A stretch of DNA of 64,000 bases from Actinomycetes bacterium (GTDB taxonomy: Bacteria > Actinomycetota > Acidimicrobiia > Acidimicrobiales > JAMCPL01). Within the stretch, counting starts at the first letter, position 1. The number at the start of each line of letters is the position of its first letter. The stretch lies in contig JAKBVZ010000036.1 of the NCBI GenBank assembly GCA_021841005.1, positions 33,933 to 97,932 of the forward strand. Direction: 5' to 3'. The notes under the pieces were generated by a model, which saw only the letters and a list, made by a program, of their open reading frames with translations, ran no database searches and was not told the DNA's origin. The position numbers and the translations under genes were made by a program. Shown here piece after piece: positions 10,284 through 20,139 of this stretch.

Positions 10284-11393
10284 TTGAGTGTAGAGGATAC
10301 GGAGGAGACCATAGAGTTGGCCATCGGTAAATGGGTACAGGCAGGCAGGAACCATGGTTCTGGAAAGAACATACAGCAACAAGGTAGGGGATCGGATAGC
10401 ACGGGTACCGGCCCGGGTACTGGTGAAGGCGACCACTCCGAGAAGGTCGGCAGTCCAAGCAATATACCGACGCTTAACAGCCTGATCAGGCGGGCCCTCG
10501 ACCCTGACTATAAGAAAAGGAAACTTGCAGCGGCGGATCGTAACGCCCACCCATTCATACTGGCATGCCTGGCCATGGACGAGGAAGAAAAGGTGCGCGC
10601 AGAGGTTGCCGCGAACCCGTCCGCCACGCTTGAAATACTTACCCACCTGCTCCATGACCCCGATGAAAACGTCAGGGTGAAGGTGGCGACAAGCCGGACC
10701 GTCACCGCCCAGATGCTCGACGCGCTGGCAGGTGACAGCGCTTTTGCCGTCCGCGTCGAAGTGGCCAAGAGCAGAACCGCCGAGCCTGCAGTGCTCACTT
10801 ACCTGGTCAACGATCCGAGCCATGATGTCAGGAGCGCAGTTGCCTCGAATGCCGGCGCCACCCCTGATATCCTTGCTATTCTATCGGAAGACGATTCACC
10901 AGCGGTACGTATGGCAGCAGCCAGGAACGCACGCACTCCCGAACACGCCCTCGAGACTCTGGCAAGAGATGAAGACAGGTCAGTGAGAATGGCTGCATAC
11001 GGCAACCCCTCCGCCACAGAAGAGGTTCGCAAGCTGGCCGAGGAAATTTCGATCACCACCACCAAAGTACATCCGGCCCTAGACGCTGGCAGTGACCCGG
11101 ATTCACTTGGCGCGATGGCGGTCAGCGACAATTGGGTCATACGTCAAGGCGTTGCAATGAACAAGGCAACACCGAAAGACCTGCTGGCAAGCCTGGCGAT
11201 GGATCGTAACTGGCAGGTGCGCAGGGGAGTGGCACTGAATACGGCCACACCCGAAAAGATCCTCCATGATCTTGCCTCTGATCCCGAAAGAGATGTCCGT
11301 CAAGCAGTGGCTGACAACCCGAGTGCCACTAAAGACGTCATAGATATAGCCCTGCGCAGTCTGGAAGTCCACAAGCATCGCCAGCCGATATGA
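10284..11393 (+). CDS. LRV/HEAT-like repeat protein, paralog 2
   Basis: Same 24-aa repeats. Shares the IRRxLDPDxKxRxLAA, PFILAxLA and NWVIRQGVAMN blocks with paralog 1. Confidence 0.82.
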   Translation: MSVEDTEETIELAIGKWVQAGRNHGSGKNIQQQGRGSDSTGTGPGTGEGDHSEKVGSPSNIPTLNSLIRRALDPDYKKRKLAAADRNAHPFILACLAMDEEEKVRAEVAANPSATLEILTHLLHDPDENVRVKVATSRTVTAQMLDALAGDSAFAVRVEVAKSRTAEPAVLTYLVNDPSHDVRSAVASNAGATPDILAILSEDDSPAVRMAAARNARTPEHALETLARDEDRSVRMAAYGNPSATEEVRKLAEEISITTTKVHPALDAGSDPDSLGAMAVSDNWVIRQGVAMNKATPKDLLASLAMDRNWQVRRGVALNTATPEKILHDLASDPERDVRQAVADNPSATKDVIDIALRSLEVHKHRQPI

Positions 11394-12076
11394 GTGAGCA
11401 ATCACCTTCCCTCGATCAAGCCAGGATTTACCTGTGCGTACCGGCAATGCCTGACATAGAGCACTTCTTGGAAAGCGCCATCAGGGGAGGCGTGGATGCC
11501 GTCCAACTTCGCGAGAAACACCTTGAAGCCCTGGGAATACTCGGGTATGCCAGGAAAGCTTTACGTGTCTGTCGCGCCATGGGGATACCCTTCATTGTAA
11601 ACGATAGGCCTGACCTGGCCTTGGAGGTAGAAGCTGACGGAGTCCATGTAGGTCAAGATGATGCTCCCCCATCGCTTGCCCGCAAGATACTCGGTTCCCT
11701 GGCAGTAGTAGGCCGTTCCACCCACGCTAAGGCGGAACTGGATTCAAGTATCACCGAACCGGTGGATTATGTCTCTGCGGGGCCTGTCGTTTCCACTCCC
11801 ACCAAGCCGGGCCGTGAGGGCACCGGCATGGAATACGTGAAGTACGCTGTGACCAATTCGCCCAAACCAGTCTTCGTCACAGGAGGTGTCACCCCAGAGA
11901 CTGTTCCCCAGCTCGCCGCCGTAGGTGTGACGCATTACGTAGTGGTCAGGTATCTAACCGAGTCCAATGATCCATACCGCGCAGCTCGGGCGCTAAAAGA
12001 AGCTGCAGCTAGAGCATTTGACCGCTGCAAGGTTTCCGGCACGGCTAACGCTTTGCGCGGGCGGCATTGCCAATGA
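11390..12076 (+). CDS. thiE: Thiamine-phosphate synthase
   Basis: VQLREK, FIVNDRPDLA, DGVHVGQDD, GRSTH, TPTKPG. Confidence 0.95.
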   Translation: MSEQSPSLDQARIYLCVPAMPDIEHFLESAIRGGVDAVQLREKHLEALGILGYARKALRVCRAMGIPFIVNDRPDLALEVEADGVHVGQDDAPPSLARKILGSLAVVGRSTHAKAELDSSITEPVDYVSAGPVVSTPTKPGREGTGMEYVKYAVTNSPKPVFVTGGVTPETVPQLAAVGVTHYVVVRYLTESNDPYRAARALKEAAARAFDRCKVSGTANALRGRHCQ

Positions 12077-12079
12077 CAG

Positions 12080-12862
12080 ATGCACGGCCAAGAAGGTACC
12101 TCTCACCGTACCTCATCCTCACCTCGGGCGCGGTATGGTGGAACGGCCGTGCCTGAACGGTCGCGAAGGAACCTCCTGAGGGACGATGTGTACAGGAGAC
12201 CGCTCGAAACCGCACTCGACAGGCTGGGCGTGTCAGACGGCTGGAAGTGCGTGGATGCCGGCGCCGGCGGTGGCGATGTTTCAGTTGCACTGGCGGAAAT
12301 TGTCGGAGCCACAGGACGTATATACTCTGTCGACATTGATCCCGTAGCAAGGGACGAGGTGGCCTCGAGAGCAGCCGCATACAGCCAGGTAATTGCAATC
12401 ACCCAGGCAGCAGAAGACCTATTGCTACCGGAACCAGTGGACCTGGCATTCTGCCGCTTTCTCCTAATGCATGTCCATGACCCTCTGGTGGTCGTGTGCA
12501 GGATGGCGACTGCCGTCAGGCCAGGAGGGTTTGTAGTCGCCCAGGAGCCGGTGACATCGGCCGGCAGGATAGGTGGACTGCCCTTCTCCATGGAAGGAGC
12601 GTTGCATCCCGACGCCGGTGATGTCCTGCCTTCCCTAATACGCCAAGCAGGTCTTGAACTGGTCGACTGCTGGGCGGAATCTCCCGCATGGGCCGGTGAG
12701 GGACCAGTTGCCCGCTATCTCGAGCGCTTGACTGGGGTAGATCCCTGCGACAATCCAGTCATACTCCCCCCCCTAGTGACGGCGGTAGGCCGTGTACCGG
12801 AGAATCGTCCGGTAGACAGCCAGAACAGGATACCGGTAGCTGACCGTCCGACCGATTGGTGA
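12080..12862 (+). CDS. Class I SAM-dependent methyltransferase
   Basis: VDAGAGGG motif I, VDID, DLAFCRFLLMH, VRPGG. Confidence 0.88.
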   Translation: MHGQEGTSHRTSSSPRARYGGTAVPERSRRNLLRDDVYRRPLETALDRLGVSDGWKCVDAGAGGGDVSVALAEIVGATGRIYSVDIDPVARDEVASRAAAYSQVIAITQAAEDLLLPEPVDLAFCRFLLMHVHDPLVVVCRMATAVRPGGFVVAQEPVTSAGRIGGLPFSMEGALHPDAGDVLPSLIRQAGLELVDCWAESPAWAGEGPVARYLERLTGVDPCDNPVILPPLVTAVGRVPENRPVDSQNRIPVADRPTDW

Positions 12863-12935
12863 GCAACCTCTTTGCTAGAACCCTGACTCCGGTGAACCTG
12901 GATACCGGTAGCTGACCGTCCGACCGATTGGCGAG
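12828..12935. repeat. Repeat-insert-repeat unit 3 (36 + 36 + 36, period 72)
   Basis: 12828-12863 and 12900-12935 GGATACCGGTAGCTGACCGTCCGACCGATTGG(T/C)GAG. The first copy contains the methyltransferase stop. Confidence 0.93.
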
Positions 12936-13043
12936 AGTGCCTCAACTACGAGAGCAAGTACGAGATGGAGGAGAGAACAGCAGGATTGATAGAATGACTC
13001 GAACGCAAGTCACAAGTCACAAGTCACAAAAGGAGGATATGCT

Positions 13044-14729
13044 TTGAGCACGGACGAGCCTACGGAGGACCTGATGGACCACCCTGCAGACATACTGGAC
13101 ACATTCCGACCGGAAGAGGATCTTGACAGGGCCGGCGGGGTACTGGATACGGCTGAAAAGGTAATCGAATCAGCAATCGCACGCATCGCGTCCAGGGGAG
13201 GCATAGATGCGAACCAGGCGGTTGCCTACGACCTCGCCCACATGGCCTCAGCCATAAAAATAGCTGAAAGTGCAGTATCATATGGACACCTTGGCAGGGA
13301 GGAGGCGGGGATTGCCTGCGCATTCGCTGCTGACACTCTTGGAGACCTGCTCTCACGGGTGGTTGGGAGGGAGGAGGAATGGGGCATCTCCACCAGCTTC
13401 CTCTTCGATGCCCACCCATTCACCACCAAATATCGTAATCCATCCTACCTGGCGGGCATCGCGGGAATTACGGGCGAATACCATCTGGACCAGGAGTTCG
13501 ACCTTGTGCGAGAGACCTTTCACAGATTTGCGGAAGATCGTATCAGGCCCCATGCCGAACACGTCCACCGGCACAACGATGACATTCCCGAGGACATCAT
13601 CAATGGGCTTGCAGAACTGGGTGGGTTTGGCCTGTCCATACCGGAGGAATACGGTGGTTACGCCACCAGCGGGAACAGTGATTACAAGGGAATGGTGATA
13701 GCAACGGAAGAGCTTTCATGGGGCGCTCTGGCCATAGGCGGATCACTCATCACCAGGCCCGAAATACTGGCCAGAGCATTGATGGCGGGAGGCACCGAAG
13801 AGCAAAAGCAACGCTGGCTACCGAGGATGGCCACAGGTGCCCTCATGACTGCAGTGGCAGTCACTGAGCCTGACTATGGATCGGACGTTGCCGGCATCAC
13901 CACCACCGCCCAGCCGCTGTCTGGCGGATGGCTGGTGTCGGGCGTAAAGACCTGGTGTACCTTCGCCGCCAGGGCAGACCTACTGATGCTGCTCGCCCGC
14001 ACCGACCCGGACAAGTCGAAAGGACACAAAGGGTTATCCCTATTCGTGATCGAAAAAGAAAGGGCAGATGGAAAAGGCTTCGTGCTCACGCAGGATGCAC
14101 ATTCACGCTCCACCAAAGATGCTACATTGCCAGAGGGCCATCAGGGAAGGTTGGAAGGCCGCCCGATAGACACGATCGGATATAGAGGTTTGCACTCTTA
14201 CGAGCTTTCTTTCGACAAGTGGTTCGTACCTGACGTTTGCCTGGTTGGCGGAGAACAAGGGCTGGGTAAAGGCTTCTACCTGCAGATGCAGGGCTTCGAA
14301 AATGGTAGGCTCCAGACAGCGGCCCGGGCCGTAGGTGTCATGCAGGCCGCGTACGAGGCGGCCTGTTCTTACGCCAGTAGCCGGGTGGTGTTTGGCACTC
14401 CGATAGATCAGTACCAGCTCACCCGCGTAAAGCTTGCCCGTATGGCTGTACTGATCCAGTCGATCCGGCAATTCACTTACAAAGTTGCCGACCTGATGGC
14501 ACGAGGACAGGGGTCGCTCGAAGCATCGATGGTAAAGGCGTACGCCTGCAAGGCGGCCGAATGGGTTGCACGTGAGGCCATGCAGATTCACGGGGGCATG
14601 GGGTATGCCGAAGAGTTCCCTGCCAGTAGATACTTCGTGGATTCAAGAGTATTATCGATATTCGAGGGAGCAGACGAAACGCTTTCACTGAAGGTGATCG
14701 CCCGGAGGCTGCTCAACCAGGTCGGCTGA
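13044..14729 (+). CDS. Acyl-CoA dehydrogenase with N-terminal extension
   Basis: IPEEYGG, VTEPDYGSD, GVKTWCT, QIHGGMGYAEE, IFEGADE. Shine-Dalgarno AGGAGG upstream. Confidence 0.93.
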   Translation: MSTDEPTEDLMDHPADILDTFRPEEDLDRAGGVLDTAEKVIESAIARIASRGGIDANQAVAYDLAHMASAIKIAESAVSYGHLGREEAGIACAFAADTLGDLLSRVVGREEEWGISTSFLFDAHPFTTKYRNPSYLAGIAGITGEYHLDQEFDLVRETFHRFAEDRIRPHAEHVHRHNDDIPEDIINGLAELGGFGLSIPEEYGGYATSGNSDYKGMVIATEELSWGALAIGGSLITRPEILARALMAGGTEEQKQRWLPRMATGALMTAVAVTEPDYGSDVAGITTTAQPLSGGWLVSGVKTWCTFAARADLLMLLARTDPDKSKGHKGLSLFVIEKERADGKGFVLTQDAHSRSTKDATLPEGHQGRLEGRPIDTIGYRGLHSYELSFDKWFVPDVCLVGGEQGLGKGFYLQMQGFENGRLQTAARAVGVMQAAYEAACSYASSRVVFGTPIDQYQLTRVKLARMAVLIQSIRQFTYKVADLMARGQGSLEASMVKAYACKAAEWVAREAMQIHGGMGYAEEFPASRYFVDSRVLSIFEGADETLSLKVIARRLLNQVG

Positions 14730-14748
14730 AACGGCCTGCAAATTGGCA

Positions 14749-14857
14749 CGACATCTCAATCCTCAGCTAGATCCTCGGTAGTAACCTGATGCCCCGTCAA
14801 AGTATGGCGTCGATAGATATCGACATCTCAACCCTCAGCTGGATCCTCGGTAGTAAC
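14749..14857. repeat. Repeat-insert-repeat unit 4 (37 + 35 + 37, period 72)
   Basis: 14749-14785 and 14821-14857 CGACATCTCAA(T/C)CCTCAGCT(A/G)GATCCTCGGTAGTAAC. The second copy contains the lgt stop. Confidence 0.93.
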
Positions 14858-15805
14858 GGGTTGACCCCCGGTACGAGCATCCGTTGAACCGTTCCTCACT
14901 CCGTTGTCCCCGTCCAGGTCGCTGCTTTCCATAACCTGACTGCTAAAGCTGTCTCCGTTGTCCCCGTCCAGGCTTGGACTGACACTGTCCACCGTTGCAC
15001 CACTGGCACCAGCCATGATAAATGCCCTTTCAGCCAACGGCAATGGGTGACTCTCTCGATGAGCAAGAAGCCAAACCGACCAGCCAAGTCCAACCGCAAA
15101 CAGACCCAGCCCTGCCAGCTGCACCAGAACCGCTCCCAAGTGTCCCGGATATGCAAGCCATAGGTGCTCCTCGAAAAATCTGCCCAACCCCCACATACCA
15201 ACCGTAGAAGAAGCCACAAACCCGGCAGGGCGATTGGCCATCCTCTTCTCTATCATAATTACGGTAAAAAATATCCCGAACGAGATCATCGCCTGGAAAA
15301 TTGGAACCGGCAGTCGCTTGCCGACTTGATCAGCGTAGTACATGCCGAACCACTGATGAGTAGGGTGACCACCGCCTGCAACCATGAGCTGTGGTCCGAG
15401 GAGCCTTCCTACTCCCCATGCCGCTATGAGCACCGGGGCAACCAAGTCTGCAAGGTTAGCCAGGGACAGATCAGGGCAGCGCTTGCGAGCAATGATAAAT
15501 CCCGTAGGTATACCTGCAATCAAGCCCCCAAACGAGGAGAGACCCCCATGCCAGACCTGAACAATCTGCGCTGGATCAGCAGTGTAGAAAGACAGATTGG
15601 CAAGAACATGCATTACGCGAGCACCAATTATTGCTGCCACGATCACCCAGACAAACATCCCGGTAACCCATGCCCACGGATACCCTCTCTGCTTGAGTCT
15701 ACGCTCGAAATATCTGTACGCGAACCAGAACGTGATCGCCAGTCCTATGCCGTAGGTATGGACAACCAATGGACCTATATGAAACTGAACCGGTATTGGC
15801 TTCAT
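14828..15805 (-). CDS. lgt: Prolipoprotein diacylglyceryl transferase
   Basis: Start reassigned to MKPIPVQFHIGPLVVHTYG. IIGARVMHV, WHGGLSSFGG and GRL motifs with multiple TM helices. The longer ORF overlaps the divergent gene. Confidence 0.85.
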   Translation of the reverse strand: MKPIPVQFHIGPLVVHTYGIGLAITFWFAYRYFERRLKQRGYPWAWVTGMFVWVIVAAIIGARVMHVLANLSFYTADPAQIVQVWHGGLSSFGGLIAGIPTGFIIARKRCPDLSLANLADLVAPVLIAAWGVGRLLGPQLMVAGGGHPTHQWFGMYYADQVGKRLPVPIFQAMISFGIFFTVIMIEKRMANRPAGFVASSTVGMWGLGRFFEEHLWLAYPGHLGAVLVQLAGLGLFAVGLGWSVWLLAHRESHPLPLAERAFIMAGASGATVDSVSPSLDGDNGDSFSSQVMESSDLDGDNGVRNGSTDARTGGQPVTTEDPAEG

Positions 15806-15932
15806 CCACAGCCTCCCGCCATGCATGTCCGCTCGTTGTATATCACTGCTTGCACTATAGCACCGGGCTACGGATACCAGTAGGCAGATCTCCGGTCGAG
15901 TTGCCAGGCGATCGGCAACGACGCTATTATCG

Positions 15933-16880
15933 ATGACCATGTCCGAAAGAAGTAGAGATTTACCGCGTCGTTCCTGCCTGTCGGTTCCGGGATCCAACGA
16001 AAGGTTCCTCCAGAAGGGCCCTACTGTACCTGCTGATATGACCTTTTTAGATCTCGAGGATTCGGTAGCACCACTGGAGAAGGAAGCGGCCCGAGCAAAA
16101 GTGGCTGATGCCATCAAGAGTCTCCCATGGGACGACAGGGTGCTGTGCGTACGCGTCAATGCATGGGACACCCGTTGGACTTACGGCGATGTCATAGAGG
16201 TGGTATCCAACGCCGGCCAGAGATTGGACGAGATCATGTTGCCCAAAGTGCAGAGTGCAGCAGAAGTGGTGGCGCTGGATCTCCTTCTCACCCAGATAGA
16301 AGCCAACTGCGGATTACCGTACGGACACATAGGAATAGAAGCGCAGATCGAGACCACAAGAGGCCTCATCAATGTCGAAGAGATATGCGCTGCATCTCCA
16401 AGGCTGGAAACCATCATCTTCGGTCCCGCCGACTTCGCAGCTTCGATGGAGATGCCAGTTCTTACGGGAGGAGTCGCCATAGAAGAGTACCCTGGCGACC
16501 ACTTCCACTATGTCTTCTCCAAGATACTCATGGCAGGTCGCGCCAATGGCCTTCAGGTCATCGACGGACCTTACTTGAAAATAAGGGACTTGGACGGCCT
16601 AAGGGAGTTCTCACAACGCACCAGAGTCCTTGGATATGACGGTAAATGGGCGCTGAACCCGGATCAGGTAACCGTACTCAATGAGGTGTACTCGCCCACC
16701 CAGGAACAGTTCGATCGCGCTCACGATATTCTCGACGCATACCGCCAAGCCACAGAGAGCGAGCGCAAGGGCGCAGTGATGTTCGGCGAGGAGATGATCG
16801 ACGAGGCAAGCAGGAAGATGGCACTGAAGTTTGTCAAGCGCGGGGAACGAGCCGGCTTCAAGCGGAGTGTTGCTGGCTGA
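15933..16880 (+). CDS. CitE/malyl-CoA lyase family (HpcH/HpaI aldolase/citrate lyase)
   Basis: RRSCLSVPG, LDLEDSV, VRVN, MLPKV, QIET, FGPADF, GYDGKWA, EMIDEA. Confidence 0.92.
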   Translation: MTMSERSRDLPRRSCLSVPGSNERFLQKGPTVPADMTFLDLEDSVAPLEKEAARAKVADAIKSLPWDDRVLCVRVNAWDTRWTYGDVIEVVSNAGQRLDEIMLPKVQSAAEVVALDLLLTQIEANCGLPYGHIGIEAQIETTRGLINVEEICAASPRLETIIFGPADFAASMEMPVLTGGVAIEEYPGDHFHYVFSKILMAGRANGLQVIDGPYLKIRDLDGLREFSQRTRVLGYDGKWALNPDQVTVLNEVYSPTQEQFDRAHDILDAYRQATESERKGAVMFGEEMIDEASRKMALKFVKRGERAGFKRSVAG

Positions 16881-16903
16881 GTGCCAACTGAACCGCCCTG
16901 GCT

Positions 16904-17782
16904 TCAGGAGCTTGGGAGCGGTGGCCTGCCGGGTCCAGGGGGGCCTGCAAATGCCTGTGCTATTTGCATCCATTCCAAGGCTTTCTCGCCATCTATCCGC
17001 AGGGAAACATCTGCAAGGTTTCTACGTTCTGTAACTATCAGGCAGAAGTCGAGAGCTGAACCGCGAATGGAACCACCGGACTGCGCCGGGAGGGTGGAAC
17101 CTTCCCCTCCATCTCGAACCTTGCCACCACCCGCAGCAACCCACCTCCAAACGCCGCCGCCCCCACTATCATTGCCACTGGATGGAAGCGCAGGCGCAGT
17201 CAACTCGACCAATATCTCTTCAGTCGGGGTTTCAATACCTCTGACGGCATAGGAAAATTCACGGGTTCGCACTCCAAGGTCTGCAATATGCCTGAGACGC
17301 ACCGTAGGCTCCCTAGACACCCCTAGGGCATCACACACATCCTGGCCGTGTGCCCAAGTCTCCATCAGCCGAGCGGTGACAAACGACCGCATGCCCATAG
17401 AAGGCCCATACCAGGCGATCCGAGACACCGGATCAGCATGCTCGAGACATTGCAACAGGGACATCCGGGCATCTCTCCACCATTGAAGCATAAGAGCACC
17501 ATTCATGGCCCTGCCCTTAGCCAGATGTTCAGCAATAGGATCGAAACGTAGGGAACGCACCCCTTCCACTTGGGCCTTGAAGCCAGCAGGATCTTCTATG
17601 GCCATACGAGCGGCATCATCAAAATACGCAAGGTGACCGATGCTGTCCCGTACATCCCATCCCTCCGCCGGAGTCGGACGCAACCAGGCATTTTCGTCGA
17701 TGCCTGATGCTATCCTGTCCAGATCAATATGTTCTGCCTGCAAATCTGACAGTAAAGTCGGCCACCACTCAGGAGCACTCAT
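16904..17782 (-). CDS. TIGR03084 family metal-binding protein (MDMPI-like)
   Basis: PTPAEGWDVRDSIGHLA, WYGPSM, ARLMETWAHGQD, C-terminal AQAFAGPPG. Confidence 0.88.
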   Translation of the reverse strand: MSAPEWWPTLLSDLQAEHIDLDRIASGIDENAWLRPTPAEGWDVRDSIGHLAYFDDAARMAIEDPAGFKAQVEGVRSLRFDPIAEHLAKGRAMNGALMLQWWRDARMSLLQCLEHADPVSRIAWYGPSMGMRSFVTARLMETWAHGQDVCDALGVSREPTVRLRHIADLGVRTREFSYAVRGIETPTEEILVELTAPALPSSGNDSGGGGVWRWVAAGGGKVRDGGEGSTLPAQSGGSIRGSALDFCLIVTERRNLADVSLRIDGEKALEWMQIAQAFAGPPGPGRPPLPSS

Positions 17783-17852
17783 CCATACAAGATTAACCCG
17801 AAGATATCATAGCGTGCCATCCAGTGCGTGAGAATGATGGCGTACGGCCGCG

Positions 17853-17958
17853 GGACATCACAGAGTGGGGGTGGAGGGATTCGAACAATACACGGGCTGC
17901 GGCATAGTGGCCGCAGCGGACATTGGACATCACAGAGTGGGGGTGGAGGGATTCGAAC
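17853..17958. repeat. Repeat-insert-repeat unit 5 (34 + 38 + 34, period 72), duplicating the tRNA-Leu 3' end
   Basis: 17853-17886 is identical to 17925-17958: GGACATCACAGAGTGGGGGTGGAGGGATTCGAAC. The insert holds the hairpin GCTGCGGC-N6-GCCGCAGC. Confidence 0.93.
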
Positions 17959-18011
17959 CCTCACTGGAGGCGGTTTAAGCGCCTTGCCTCTGCCGGTTGG
18001 GCTACACCCCC
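17938..18011 (-). tRNA. tRNA-Leu(TAA), short variable region, CCA not encoded
   Basis: Acceptor stem GGGGGTG/CACCCCC, anticodon arm AGGCG-CTTAAAC-CGCCT, T arm GAGGG-TTCGAAT-CCCTC. Confidence 0.92.
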
Positions 18012-18209
18012 GATGCAATGTGGGTACACGACAAGACCTTATATATACTACCGCGAATGGTAGACCGCAGCCGCTGATACCATCTGACGCTCCGTTCTGT
18101 GCAACCCAAGGAGCTATCGTCCGTGACGAGAAACACGGCTGTCGTGAGTGGACTGACTATTCCTTTGAAAAGGCAACCCGCCCCGCAAATGACAGTGCGC
18201 TCCCACCAC

Positions 18210-19820
18210 CTATCTATGATATCCTGCAGACGGACGCAAGCCGACATCTTCCCATACCTGCAGTTCCTCTCCCCTGGGATCGTAGTCGACTCGTCGCTCC
18301 CGGCCCAGGATCATGGTTGGACGATCGGCGCCATAGGCAGGCCACTCCCCGACTTCCTCGCATGACGGATCCCCACTATGAGCAAACGCAACCCAGGCCC
18401 GTTGCATAGCCATGGACAGGTCATCCGCTTCCGGGCCCGAGCCTGCAAATGGCTGAACGACTGGCTCTTCGATCGACCCAAACACAAACGGGATCTCCAG
18501 CGCATGGCAGGACCCGAGCGAAGTCCCCATAAAAGAGGTCTCCCAGTCAAACAAGTACACATATGCTGGTAAACCATTAAGCATGTGCGCCGATGCAACC
18601 TCGATACTGGGCAGCCTGAAGACGTAATCCGTGCTTACCGCCGTCCATATATCAACAGGAGATACACCTTCGCCTCGTGTTGCGCGTATCTTCCCGTATC
18701 GCTCCACAACTCGACCAGCCGTATCTTCTTCCAGGATCTTAGATATGCGATGGACTACCTTCTCCTCTTCCAGTCCCCCTCCAAGGATCTCTCCAGCGGA
18801 AAACAGTGCCGTCTCATCACGATTGGTTCCTATGAGCAATGGTACCCTAGCCGTTTCTCCAGATGTTATCAAGTCCGCGAGAGACGTCCCGAAAAGGCCT
18901 CCATCGACCACCGGGAGGAATGCAAGAGGCATGGCTCCTTCGCCAGTCACCTCGAATCCAAGCTGCTGATCCGCCTTGATAATCTCGTCTGCCCGTATCC
19001 CTCCGAGCCTCTCCCGAAAGCCGCTAGGAGTGTCCACGCCAACTATCTCCCCAATTCTTGCCGCCCGATTGGCAGCCAGATCAAGACTGATACTGGACGG
19101 TGGGCCGCTCTCGATAATTGCCTTATGGAACAGCCCCCTTGCCTCTTCGCATACCAGCAATGCCGCAACGCTCATTCCCCCCGCCGACTCACCGAATATG
19201 GTCACGTTAGAAGGATCCCCGCCAAAGCCCGCAACGGCATCCCTCACAAAATGCAAAGCCGCGATCTGATCCATCAATCCCCAATTCCCGCAGTAGTACT
19301 TGCCCGCGTGACCGGCAGGCCAAGTGGCACGCAGTTCGGGGTGCGCCAGGAACCCGAATGAGCCAAGCCGGTAGTTGATCGTAACCACGACTACATCTCC
19401 ACGCATGGCCAAGCGCCCGCCCCGGTACAGAACCTGCCCAGAACTCCCCGTCGAGAATCCTCCGCCATGTATCCACACCATTACGGGCCGCTTGGCGCCG
19501 TCGAGACTCGGAGTCCAGATGTTCAGGAATAGGCAATCCTCATTCCAGTCCACTGGATCGCCGGCTATGCTCATAGCTGGGATTGGAGCCGGCTGAGGAG
19601 CAATAGGGCCAAAGTTCACCGCATCCAGTACGCCTCCCCAGGGATCCAGGGTCATCGGCGGTAAAAATCTGGATTCACCAGACGGAGCAACAGCAAATGG
19701 TATGCCCTTGAACGCCAGCACCTCCCCCTCCTGGCGCCCCCTAACGGCTCCCCACGGAGTCCTTACGACCGGTTCTATGTCTTTATGCGATACATCCTTG
19801 TGGCCAGCCCCGTGATCCAT
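18210..19820 (-). CDS. Type B carboxylesterase (PnbA-like)
   Basis: FKGIPFA, EDCLFLNIW, WIHGGG, NYRLG, GESAG nucleophile elbow, HALEIPFVFG. Start uncertain (ORF extends to 19877). Confidence 0.93.
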   Translation of the reverse strand: MDHGAGHKDVSHKDIEPVVRTPWGAVRGRQEGEVLAFKGIPFAVAPSGESRFLPPMTLDPWGGVLDAVNFGPIAPQPAPIPAMSIAGDPVDWNEDCLFLNIWTPSLDGAKRPVMVWIHGGGFSTGSSGQVLYRGGRLAMRGDVVVVTINYRLGSFGFLAHPELRATWPAGHAGKYYCGNWGLMDQIAALHFVRDAVAGFGGDPSNVTIFGESAGGMSVAALLVCEEARGLFHKAIIESGPPSSISLDLAANRAARIGEIVGVDTPSGFRERLGGIRADEIIKADQQLGFEVTGEGAMPLAFLPVVDGGLFGTSLADLITSGETARVPLLIGTNRDETALFSAGEILGGGLEEEKVVHRISKILEEDTAGRVVERYGKIRATRGEGVSPVDIWTAVSTDYVFRLPSIEVASAHMLNGLPAYVYLFDWETSFMGTSLGSCHALEIPFVFGSIEEPVVQPFAGSGPEADDLSMAMQRAWVAFAHSGDPSCEEVGEWPAYGADRPTMILGRERRVDYDPRGEELQVWEDVGLRPSAGYHR

Positions 19821-20139
19821 GATTCCAAAGATAGCGCATGTGACCACTTCCAGCCAAGTACTGTTAGGCATAGCCAAGTACCACCCTCAGCCGCACATGG
19901 CGTGACCGCTCGTCGTTAGCAGTAACGTTGAAAGTAGAGTTATAGAATAGGGATACCATGCATGACCCTTACCGATATTGGCTATTTGTATAATCTTCAG
20001 ATGTTGCCCTGCATACGATGTTGGGACTGCAAAGAGCAGCTATCGCATACATGACGGCAGCAACGCAGGACATGAGAAGGCAAGGTATGAAGACAAGGTG
20101 TGAGAAAACGCATGACGCACGCAGGAAAACGGTGAGCAT

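Noticed and set aside
10010-10330. Cys/His-rich small ORFs
   Set aside because: Artefacts of translating the (TGCACACC)13 repeat.
8897-11393. Link between 24-aa (72-nt) LRV repeats and the 72-bp units
   Set aside because: 24 aa is the normal LRV repeat length and there are no near-identical DNA repeats; treated as coincidence.
14900-14972. LDGDNG duplication in the lgt tail as another 72-bp unit
   Set aside because: Period is 54 bp and the repeat is only about 19 bp.
15806-16171. N-terminal extension of lgt in the ORF track
   Set aside because: Overlaps the divergent CitE-family gene; Lgt similarity starts at MKPIP.
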